From an uncultured Pseudomonadales bacterium (lineage in GTDB: Bacteria; Pseudomonadota; Gammaproteobacteria; Pseudomonadales; Balneatricaceae), in contig CALSSH010000001.1 of the NCBI GenBank assembly GCA_943788965.1, forward strand, positions 339,774 to 363,773: a stretch of 24,000 bases of DNA. Reading direction: 5' to 3'. Below the pieces are notes generated by a model. It did no database searches and had not been told where the DNA came from. It saw only the letters and a program-made list of their open reading frames with translations. Both the position numbers and the translations under genes were made by a program. Shown piece by piece: positions 9,299-19,813 of this stretch (within the stretch, counting starts at the first letter, position 1; each line of letters starts with the position of its first letter).

Positions 9299-10696
9299 AT
9301 GATTGACGATATGGTGTGGGCTTTTGCTGGATTAATGGCTTTAATTGCTGTTTATTTTGTGTGGCGCGCTCGAGTTCATAATGATGTCAGTAAGGCGTCT
9401 GGCGATGATGCAAACGCTGCAGCGCTGGAGAAATCTATCAGCCAGCAACTCACTATGGCACAGCTAGAAGTTAAACTTGAGCAAGCACAAGCAGAAGCTG
9501 CACTATTACAAACCCAAGTGCAAGAATCACAACTAAAGCACACCCAAATGCAGGCCCAACTGGGGCAATTATCTGTTGACAATGCGAGTTTACAAACTCG
9601 GCTTGAAGCGCAGCAAGAGGCCCATCAGTTACAACAGCAACAGCAGCAGCAATCGCAGCATACTTTTGATACCTACCTCAAACAATTTGCTGAGTCTTCC
9701 TTGAAACAGCAAGCGCATCAGTTGTCTTCCCAAAATCAGGACCAACTCGGTCATTTACTAAATCCCTTAAAGCAGCAGTTGGGTGACTTTCGCAAAAAGG
9801 TTGATGATGTTTATGACAAAGATGCACGTGATCGAGCAGGTTTAACCCAACAAATTAATAGTTTATTAGAGTTAAATAATAAGCTTAGCAGTGATGCTAT
9901 TAACCTAACTAAGGCGCTCAAAGGTGATAATAAAGCCCAAGGTAATTGGGGTGAAATGGTATTAGAACAAGTATTGGAGCAATCAGGTCTGCGTAAGGAT
10001 TACGAATACCATAGTCAAGTTAACCTGACGCAAACCGATGGTAAACGTTTGCAGCCAGATGTGGTCATCCACATGCCAGAAAATAAAGATGTGGTGGTGG
10101 ATGCAAAAGTCACCTTAGTGGCTTACGAGCAATATCAAAATGCTGAAGATGATGCCCAGCGCAGTTCTGCTTTAGCCGACCACTTAGCCTCTGTGAAAGC
10201 CCATATCAAAGGCCTCAGTGGTAAATCTTATGAAAGTGCTGAAGGGGTGTCTAGTTTAGATTATGTGCTGTTATTTATTCCGATAGAATCAGCCTATATG
10301 TTGGCCTTACAAGCCGATTCAGAATTATTCGTGAGTGCTATGAAGAATAATATTATGCTGGTCAGTCCTGCGACCTTACTAATGGTGCTGCGCACGATTC
10401 ACAATATATGGCGTTACGAAAAGCAGAGTCAAAATGCCAAACAAATTGCCCTGCAAGCTGAAGAAATGCATAAAAAGCTGGTTGATTTTGTGACCTCAAT
10501 GGATCATGTTGGCAGCCACCTTATTCGGGCTCAAGATGCTTACGATATCGCTCATAAACGTTTATCTTCAGGCCGAGGTAACCTCATCAGTCGAGCTCAA
10601 AAGATCGTTAATCTAGGGGGCATTCAGCCCAAGAAAGCGCTACCAGAAGCCTTAATAGAAAAGGCCAGCGAAGAGGACACGGACCTTGAGCCTTGA
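9299..10696 (+). CDS. rmuC: DNA recombination protein RmuC
   Basis: 465 aa. It has an N-terminal membrane anchor and a Q/A-rich coiled coil. The C-terminal part is collinear with E. coli RmuC: LTKALKGDNKAQGNWGEMVLEQVLEQSGLRKDYEY, QPDVVIHMPENKDVVVDAKVTLVAYE, LDYVLLFIP, NNIMLVSPATLL, LSSGRGNLI. Confidence 0.9.
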   Translation: MIDDMVWAFAGLMALIAVYFVWRARVHNDVSKASGDDANAAALEKSISQQLTMAQLEVKLEQAQAEAALLQTQVQESQLKHTQMQAQLGQLSVDNASLQTRLEAQQEAHQLQQQQQQQSQHTFDTYLKQFAESSLKQQAHQLSSQNQDQLGHLLNPLKQQLGDFRKKVDDVYDKDARDRAGLTQQINSLLELNNKLSSDAINLTKALKGDNKAQGNWGEMVLEQVLEQSGLRKDYEYHSQVNLTQTDGKRLQPDVVIHMPENKDVVVDAKVTLVAYEQYQNAEDDAQRSSALADHLASVKAHIKGLSGKSYESAEGVSSLDYVLLFIPIESAYMLALQADSELFVSAMKNNIMLVSPATLLMVLRTIHNIWRYEKQSQNAKQIALQAEEMHKKLVDFVTSMDHVGSHLIRAQDAYDIAHKRLSSGRGNLISRAQKIVNLGGIQPKKALPEALIEKASEEDTDLEP

Positions 10697-11234
10697 TGTT
10701 GGAGCGCGCCTTAAAATGGTGCGTAAAAAGCGGGGTCTATCTCAGCGAGAATTGGCTAAGCGGGCTGGGGTAACTAATAGTACCATTTCATTGATTGAAC
10801 AAAACCGAGTGAGCCCATCTGTGAGCTCTTTGAAAAAAGTGCTCGATGGTGTGCCGATGTCACTGCAAGCCTTTTTTGTTGAAGAAATACCTGCGCAGCA
10901 ACAAGTGTTTTATAAAAGTCATGAGTTGCCAGATATGGGCTCAGGTAAGGTAGCCATGCGCCTAGTTGGTTACAATCATGACCCGCGTTCTCTATCGTTA
11001 CTGCATGAAACCTATCCTTCAGGGGCAGATACTGGAGTGGATATGTTGCAGCACGAAGGAGAAGAAGCGGGCATCATTATTAGTGGGAGTTTGGAAGTGA
11101 CCGTGGCAGAACAAGTGACCATATTACACCCAGGGGATGGCTACTATTTCACTAGCTCGCAACCCCATCGTTTCCGTAATTTAGACGATCAGCCTTGTGT
11201 TTTGGTGAGTGTCAACAACCCTGCCAGCGTTTAA
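10686..11234 (+). CDS. XRE-family HTH transcriptional regulator with C-terminal cupin domain (PuuR/SutR-like architecture)
   Basis: The N-terminal helix-turn-helix reads GARLKMVRKKRGLSQRELAKRAGVTNSTISLIEQNR. The C-terminal cupin reads HEGEEAGIIISGSLEV...GDGYYF...PHRFRN. The start is taken as TTG 10686, which overlaps rmuC by 11 nt. ATG 10716 is the alternative but would clip the first HTH helix. Confidence 0.8.
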   Translation: MSLDVGARLKMVRKKRGLSQRELAKRAGVTNSTISLIEQNRVSPSVSSLKKVLDGVPMSLQAFFVEEIPAQQQVFYKSHELPDMGSGKVAMRLVGYNHDPRSLSLLHETYPSGADTGVDMLQHEGEEAGIIISGSLEVTVAEQVTILHPGDGYYFTSSQPHRFRNLDDQPCVLVSVNNPASV

Positions 11235-11236
11235 TT

Positions 11237-11473
11237 ATGTCGATACGTCAATTGGAATTATTAGGCACGCCAGGTTGCCATCTGTGTGACTTGGCTGAGG
11301 CCTTAATTGCTGGCTGTTTAGACCTTTCGCAAGTAGAAGTCGAGTTAATTGATATTGCACAAAACGATGACTTGATCGCGCGTTATGGTATTAAAATTCC
11401 TGTGTTACGTTGTCCTAAGAGCCAAGCAGAGTTATGTTGGCCGTTTGATGAACTTGCGGTTAAGGCCTTTTAA
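11237..11473 (+). CDS. Glutaredoxin-like protein, DUF836 family (CxxC)
   Basis: 78 aa starting MSIRQLELLGTPGCHLCDLAE, with the CHLC redox motif followed by IKIPVL. ATG 11237 lies 2 nt after the regulator's stop. The track start at 11195 is an overlap-creating extension. Confidence 0.75.
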   Translation: MSIRQLELLGTPGCHLCDLAEALIAGCLDLSQVEVELIDIAQNDDLIARYGIKIPVLRCPKSQAELCWPFDELAVKAF

Positions 11474-12279
11474 TCCAGACTAAAAAAATCCTTTACTGTG
11501 ACCTCAGTCTGTTGCGCTAGTTCATCTGTGGTTTGCCCCCTCAGATGAGCCACACGTTCTAAAATATGTGTCAAATAGGCAGGTTCATTGCGGCTAGATT
11601 TTGGTTTTGGGCGCATATCCCTGGGCAAAAGATAGGGGGCGTCTGTTTCTAGCATGAGTCGTTGGTGAGGGATCATTCTCACGGCTTTACGTAAGTGTTC
11701 TCCTCGACGTTCGTCACAAATCCATCCCGTAATCCCAATGTGAATATCAAGGTTTAAAAGTTGCTTTAAAAAGGTCTCAGTGCCAGTAAAGCAATGCAAT
11801 ACTGCTTTGCCAAAACCACTTCGGTATTGCGTGAGGAGCTCCAAAAACTCACCAGCGGCATCACGCTCATGCAAAAATAATGGTAATTGAATGTCTTTTG
11901 CTACTTGGAGGTGTTGTTCAAAGCTATCGAGTTGTTGAGTTGGAGTGGAGAAATTACGATTAAAATCTAGTCCTGTTTCGCCAATGGCTAACACTTTTGG
12001 ATGCTGCCACAGCTGAACTAAGTGTTGCCATGACTCTGGGTTATTGTCACTGGCATTGTGGGGGTGGAAGCCGGCGGTAGCAAAGCGTTCACAAGGCAAA
12101 CTAGGGTCTAAGGCCAAGGCCAATGCTTGTTGGCTGGTTTGGACACAGGTGCCCGTGATAATGTGACGGTATACGCCTGCGTCAAGGCTGCGTAGCAAGG
12201 TTGCGTGAAGGTCTTTGTGGAAGCGAGCATTGGTTAAGTTGACACCAATGTCAGTTATATTAGAACATTTCAACGTCAT
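11470..12279 (-). CDS. tatD: TatD-family metal-dependent DNase/hydrolase
   Basis: The corrected start ATG 12279 gives MTLKCSNITDIGVNLTNARF, matching the DIGVNLT N-terminus of TatD. Motifs GFHPH, AIGETGLD, LFLHERDA, HCFTG and ETDAPYL are present. The track start at 12369 is an unsupported 30-codon extension. Confidence 0.85.
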   Translation of the reverse strand: MTLKCSNITDIGVNLTNARFHKDLHATLLRSLDAGVYRHIITGTCVQTSQQALALALDPSLPCERFATAGFHPHNASDNNPESWQHLVQLWQHPKVLAIGETGLDFNRNFSTPTQQLDSFEQHLQVAKDIQLPLFLHERDAAGEFLELLTQYRSGFGKAVLHCFTGTETFLKQLLNLDIHIGITGWICDERRGEHLRKAVRMIPHQRLMLETDAPYLLPRDMRPKPKSSRNEPAYLTHILERVAHLRGQTTDELAQQTEVTVKDFFSLD

Positions 12280-12832
12280 CAGCTTCAGATTCGCCTGCTG
12301 GATCTGGGCTACTAGCATGATAGATGGCAATGGCCTCTTCAATGCTGGCACCACCCATGATGGATGCAAACATCAAGCGTTCAGATTCCATTGAATAGGA
12401 GTCGTGGAGATTAGACTGTAGCTCCATCCATGCCACTGGATCTTGCAATCGGTCTGGGTTTTGAATTAACGCGGACATGTCGTCTAGGCTTTTAATAACA
12501 TGTCCAAGGCGTTGATCAAGTCGATCAAAAAATTGAAAATCTACAACGGCGTTATTAACCTTCGCTTTTGCAGCTGTTGAGGCGGCCTGAATTAATTCTA
12601 GTTCTAATTGGTCTTTGGGCTCGACACTAGAAATAGCAGCGGCTGAATCATGGATGGTTAAAACGTGGTCAGCAATTTGTGCGAAGGTACTGCTCAAGGT
12701 ATCAACATTGGCGTTACTATCACTTAAGCTCGTGCGAATTTGAGCGATGGTTATACCCAACATCGTCAAAGTATCTTTGATGTGATTAAAGTCACCCAAA
12801 TCATTGTCTTTATTGAGGCTATCGTCAGTCAT
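12260..12832 (-). CDS. Hypothetical acidic, predicted helical protein (190 aa) with a CheZ-like motif
   Basis: An uninterrupted ORF whose stop lies 20 nt inside tatD, suggesting co-transcription. It contains DFQFFDRLDQRLGHVIK and the C-terminus EADDVEMF (see findings). No family is securely recognised. Confidence 0.6.
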   Translation of the reverse strand: MTDDSLNKDNDLGDFNHIKDTLTMLGITIAQIRTSLSDSNANVDTLSSTFAQIADHVLTIHDSAAAISSVEPKDQLELELIQAASTAAKAKVNNAVVDFQFFDRLDQRLGHVIKSLDDMSALIQNPDRLQDPVAWMELQSNLHDSYSMESERLMFASIMGGASIEEAIAIYHASSPDPAGESEADDVEMF

Positions 12833-13016
12833 TAATTAAGCCTTAGTAAAGCCAATGGTTTCGAGTGGGGCGACATAAATTTATTAAATCTAACATGGGC
12901 AAGATGGTACCACTTGTAGTGACTTGAAATAATCATTCTTTGGTCTTGTTTTACAACCTTTAAGTATCTGAACACCCCTAAGAAACGTTATAATACGGTT
13001 AGTATAGGTGTTTGAG

Positions 13017-13041
13017 TTTAGTTTAGTTAATTTAGTTTAGT
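13017..13041. repeat. Direct repeat TTTAGTTTAGT x2 (four TTTAG pentamers) upstream of uup; function unknown
   Basis: Read directly: TTTAGTTTAGT at 13017-13027 and again at 13031-13041, separated by TAA. A degenerate TTTGAG unit precedes them at 13011-13016. Confidence 0.6.
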
Positions 13042-13101
13042 CAATAGTCCACCGATAACTTAAGTTCAAGGTGGCTAGTGATTTTTTACTCAGGTTTTTC
13101 G

Positions 13102-15003
13102 ATGAATTTATTACGTTTACAACAAGTCCATCTAGCTTTTGGCGATGTGGCCATACTTGATGATGTCGATTTACAAATTGATGCGGGTGATCGAGTGTGT
13201 CTAATCGGTCGTAATGGGGCAGGCAAATCAAGCCTTATCAAACTATTGGTGGGTGAACAACTGCCAGACAGTGGCTCTATTTGGCGCAGTCCAGCGTGTA
13301 AAATTGGCTACTTACAGCAAGATTTGCCTGATCGTGAAGACTTGTGTGTCAATGAATTAGTGGCGATGGGCATGGGTGAAGTTTACGATCTGCGTAAGCG
13401 TCATGAAGAAATCGCCATGGGTCAGCTCGATGACAAAGCCATGAAACAATTAGAAATTGTGAGCCACCGTATTGACGAATTAGATGGTTGGCAAATGGAA
13501 CCTAAGGTCGAACGCATCTTGACCCGCCTTAAGTTAGATGGCACCCAAGTTTTGAGCCAGTTGTCAGGTGGTTGGAGACGGCGTGTTGCTTTAGCTCGAG
13601 CCTTGGTATCCGAGCCCACACTATTGCTGTTAGATGAGCCTACTAACCATCTGGATATATTAGCTATTGAGTGGCTAGAAAAACAGCTATTAGAATTTAA
13701 CGGGGCCATTATATTTATTACCCATGACCGCAGTTTCTTGCAAGTATTGGCGAATAAAATTGTAGAATTGGACCGTGGACACTTAAATTACTTCCCGGGC
13801 GATTACGAGCGGTTCTTAGCTTATCGTGAGCAGCAGTTAATGGAGGAAGATCGCCATAATGCTCTATTTGATAAAAAGTTAGCGCAAGAAGAAGTATGGA
13901 TCCGACAGGGTATTAAAGCACGCCGCACCCGCAACGAAGGGCGTGTCCGGGCTTTGGAATCACTCCGTAAAGAGCGCGGTGAACGCCGAGAACGGCAGGG
14001 TAATGTGAAATTACAGCATGCACAAGCTGCTAAATCTGGCCAGCTCGTGTGTGAGTTAGACAATGTTAGTCACGGTTATGGCGAGCAACAGTTAATCAAG
14101 AATTTCGATTTAAACCTGTTGAAACTAGACCGTATTGGCTTAGTGGGTGCTAACGGTGTAGGCAAATCTACCTTACTCAAAGTGATACTGGGTGAACTAG
14201 AGCCTAAATCTGGCAAGGTCAAGCGGGGCACCAAATTGGAAGTGGCTTACTTTGACCAATTACGTGATCAATTAGACCTCACTAAGACAGTCATGGATAA
14301 CCTTGCTGAAGGCCGTGAGAGCATTAATATTAACGGTAAAGAACGCCATGTGATGAGTTATTTGGGAGATTTTCTTTTTTCTCCCAAGCGTGTCCGCAGT
14401 CCTGTCAGCAGTCTCTCTGGCGGTGAGCGAAATCGATTATTATTGGCGCGTTTGTTTAGTAAGCCATCGAATATGTTAGTGCTAGATGAGCCTACCAATG
14501 ATCTTGATATTGAAACCTTAGAATTACTAGAAGAAATGCTGGCCAATTACCCAGGTACCGTATTACTTGTGAGTCATGACCGTGCCTTTTTGGACCGAGT
14601 GGTGACTTCGTGCTTAGTGTTTGATGGTCAAGGGCAGATTACTGATTCTGTTGGTGGATATACGGATTGGGTGAGGCGTGGTGGCAAGCTTATGGCTCCA
14701 ACAGTGCAGGGTCATAGTAAACCCACAGGCATGGCAGCGATGCCGTTAAAGGCCAAAGAAAAAGCTAAGCCTTTGGTCAAGCTGAGTTATAAAGTTCAGC
14801 GGGAGCTGGATTTGTTGCCAGGGCAAGTAGAGGCTATAGAAGCAGATCTAGTGGCTTTACAGAACGAAATCGGCCACGCTGATTTCTACAGTAAAGGGCA
14901 GGACCACGTGAATGTGCGCCTAGAGCAACTGGCAAGCCAAGAGACTCAACTGGAGACCGCCATGGATCGATGGATAGAAATTGAGGCTTTACAGGAAGGC
15001 TAA
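13102..15003 (+). CDS. uup: ABC-F family ATPase Uup (two ABC domains plus C-terminal coiled coil)
   Basis: Two Walker A motifs (GRNGAGKSS, GANGVGKST), two signatures (LSGGWRRR, LSGGERNR) and two Walker B motifs (LLLLDEPTNHLD, MLVLDEPTNDLD). There are no TM domains. The start ATG 13102 (MNLLRLQQVHLAFGD) matches the E. coli Uup N-terminal spacing; the track start at 13078 is a GTG extension. Confidence 0.9.
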   Translation: MNLLRLQQVHLAFGDVAILDDVDLQIDAGDRVCLIGRNGAGKSSLIKLLVGEQLPDSGSIWRSPACKIGYLQQDLPDREDLCVNELVAMGMGEVYDLRKRHEEIAMGQLDDKAMKQLEIVSHRIDELDGWQMEPKVERILTRLKLDGTQVLSQLSGGWRRRVALARALVSEPTLLLLDEPTNHLDILAIEWLEKQLLEFNGAIIFITHDRSFLQVLANKIVELDRGHLNYFPGDYERFLAYREQQLMEEDRHNALFDKKLAQEEVWIRQGIKARRTRNEGRVRALESLRKERGERRERQGNVKLQHAQAAKSGQLVCELDNVSHGYGEQQLIKNFDLNLLKLDRIGLVGANGVGKSTLLKVILGELEPKSGKVKRGTKLEVAYFDQLRDQLDLTKTVMDNLAEGRESININGKERHVMSYLGDFLFSPKRVRSPVSSLSGGERNRLLLARLFSKPSNMLVLDEPTNDLDIETLELLEEMLANYPGTVLLVSHDRAFLDRVVTSCLVFDGQGQITDSVGGYTDWVRRGGKLMAPTVQGHSKPTGMAAMPLKAKEKAKPLVKLSYKVQRELDLLPGQVEAIEADLVALQNEIGHADFYSKGQDHVNVRLEQLASQETQLETAMDRWIEIEALQEG

Positions 15004-15428
15004 ACCCTAACTGCTAAAACATCACAAGTTGCGCCTTGTAAAATGCCATTGGACGTAGAGCCCAGCAATAGTGCGAGGCCATGACGTCCATGGCTACCGA
15101 CTACAATAAGGTCTGAACTTAACTCAGTGGCGACACGATGAACCTCTGTTTTAATGTGGCCTGATAGGAGTAGTTGATTGACCTCACCAAGTTGTTTTTG
15201 TTGTACGAGGCCACTCATGCGCTGTTGTGCCTGATCATACAGGTCGGTTTGTATAGACGATAAATCCATAGGCATGTCGCCCCCATAAGCATAACTTAAT
15301 GGTTCTGTGACGTGCACTAAAGTTAACTTTGCGCTGCTTTGCAAGGCCAGCTGTTGTGCTCTTTGGATCACTTGGTCAGCTTCCTCGTTAAGGTCTATAG
15401 CGACTAATATATTTTGGTAAATATTCAT
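15000..15428 (-). CDS. uspA: Universal stress protein (UspA family)
   Basis: The corrected start ATG 15428 (MNIYQNILVAIDLNEE), with GGAGG upstream, gives 142 aa. Typical elements are ILVAID, LTLVHV, DLIVVGSHGRHG and a C-terminal G-x-T...V motif. Confidence 0.85.
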   Translation of the reverse strand: MNIYQNILVAIDLNEEADQVIQRAQQLALQSSAKLTLVHVTEPLSYAYGGDMPMDLSSIQTDLYDQAQQRMSGLVQQKQLGEVNQLLLSGHIKTEVHRVATELSSDLIVVGSHGRHGLALLLGSTSNGILQGATCDVLAVRV

Positions 15429-15467
15429 GTTACAGCCTCCACAATGGTCTAAATGAATGCAGCTCAA

Positions 15468-15499
15468 TCATTTTAGGTTTATAGACTTACCTAAAATGA
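15468..15499. repeat. Perfect 10-bp inverted repeat TCATTTTAGG-N12-CCTAAAATGA in the uspA divergent intergenic region (operator-like)
   Basis: Read directly: left arm 15468-15477, right arm 15490-15499. It is immediately followed by the 10-nt palindrome GTGATATCAC (15501-15510). Confidence 0.6.
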
Positions 15500-15567
15500 C
15501 GTGATATCACTGCAGGGTTTATGGGACATTATTCGTTAGTTGTTATTATTTAGTCAATGGAGTTGTT

Positions 15568-16092
15568 GTGGAAATTAAGTTTATCATCGTGGTCTTAGTG
15601 TGCTGTTCTCTTATTGGATCGGTGGCGTGGGTCATGCCTACAGCCTCACAACGAGCGCAAGCTAAAATACGCCAACTGGCGATGACTAAAGGCTTGATCG
15701 TTAAAGTGGCTAAGCTACAAGGGCCAAGAGAACAGGGTGAGATGACCCCTGATAGTTTTTTAGCCACTAGCTATGGCTTGCCTCGAGCAAAAAAACAAAA
15801 TCGAGCTGGAGGCATGAATGCCTTAAAAAAGGTGACTTGGGAAATATTCAAAGCGGCGGGACTTAATACCCAAGGTTTGCCTCAAGGATGGTGCTGGAAT
15901 GGCGGTGAAGGCGCCCTCAAGTCTGAGCAGTTGAGCCATTTAGCCCACCTCATTGAACAGTTGCCTGATGATGTCTATGCCTTGGGTGTAACACCCATTG
16001 GAGCACAAGCCTATTGGCATGAACGAGCGACGCCAGAGCAGTTAGACAACTTAGAACAGGTTTTAAAAGTATTAGTTATGGATAGCTTCTAG
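15568..16092 (+). CDS. Hypothetical protein with N-terminal membrane anchor (174 aa)
   Basis: GTG start with GGAG about 7 nt upstream. The N-terminus IKFIIVVLVCCSLIGSVAWV is hydrophobic and the rest is soluble. Family not recognised. Confidence 0.55.
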   Translation: MEIKFIIVVLVCCSLIGSVAWVMPTASQRAQAKIRQLAMTKGLIVKVAKLQGPREQGEMTPDSFLATSYGLPRAKKQNRAGGMNALKKVTWEIFKAAGLNTQGLPQGWCWNGGEGALKSEQLSHLAHLIEQLPDDVYALGVTPIGAQAYWHERATPEQLDNLEQVLKVLVMDSF

Positions 16093-16120
16093 AACCTTGA
16101 CGTTATTTTGTGGTTCTAGA
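16088..16120. repeat. Perfect 9-bp inverted repeat TCTAGAACC-N15-GGTTCTAGA spanning the stop codon of the preceding ORF, upstream of fadB
   Basis: Read directly: arms at 16088-16096 and 16112-16120. No T-run follows, so it is not a canonical intrinsic terminator. Confidence 0.6.
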
Positions 16121-16238
16121 GTCATGGTTGACTTTGACCCAAGCTGGTTTAAAGTGACATCAAAGTTTCAAACAAACGTATGGAAATTTCTTTTCAGCGG
16201 TTTCAGCGTCCCATTAATTATAGCCAAGGAGACCGTGC

Positions 16239-19594
<3,356 letters not shown>

Positions 19595-19623
19595 AGCGCA
19601 TTTCTATAAACCTTAATAAATTC

Positions 19624-19647
19624 AAAAGACTGCTAATGCAGTCTTTT
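19624..19647 (+). terminator. Rho-independent terminator after fadA
   Basis: AAAAGACTGC - TAAT - GCAGTCTTTT. The core stem is GACTGC/GCAGTC (19628-19633 and 19638-19643), followed by a T-run at 19644-19647. Confidence 0.7.
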
Positions 19648-19724
19648 GTGATTATGGGTTGCAATTTAGCTTGCTTTTTACTCCGAAAAATGGAATTTTA
19701 AAGAATAGGTTGTTGAACAAACGC

Positions 19725-19752
19725 TTGACCTTCTCAGATATGTGCCTAAACT
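19725..19752 (+). promoter_or_regulatory. Candidate sigma70 promoter for topA
   Basis: TTGACC (19725-19730), a 16-nt spacer, then TAAACT (19747-19752), about 60 nt upstream of ATG 19814. This is a motif match only. Confidence 0.3.
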
Positions 19753-19813
19753 TAGGCGCCTTAACGCTACCGCGATGGATGCGGTGAATACGTAATTATT
19801 GGAATCAAACTGC

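Noticed and set aside
9632-9652. A run of seven Gln codons (CAA/CAG) in the rmuC coiled-coil region, considered as a possible contingency repeat.
   Set aside because: It is a short, mixed-codon run inside a generally Q/A-rich coiled coil. In-frame trinucleotide changes would only alter linker length. There is no evidence of phase variation.
15501-15510. The GTGATATCAC palindrome and its flanks, considered as a CRP (TGTGA-N6-TCACA) or FNR/Anr (TTGAT-N4-ATCAA) site upstream of uspA.
   Set aside because: The half-sites are spaced too closely (GTGA-TA-TCAC). Sliding the FNR consensus across ATGACGTGATATCAC gives no register with acceptable matches.
16142-16158. AGCTGGTTTAAAGTGAC upstream of fadB, considered as a FadR operator.
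   Set aside because: Only the left half (AGCTGGT) resembles the E. coli-type FadR site as I remember it. The right half does not match. It is insufficient on its own.
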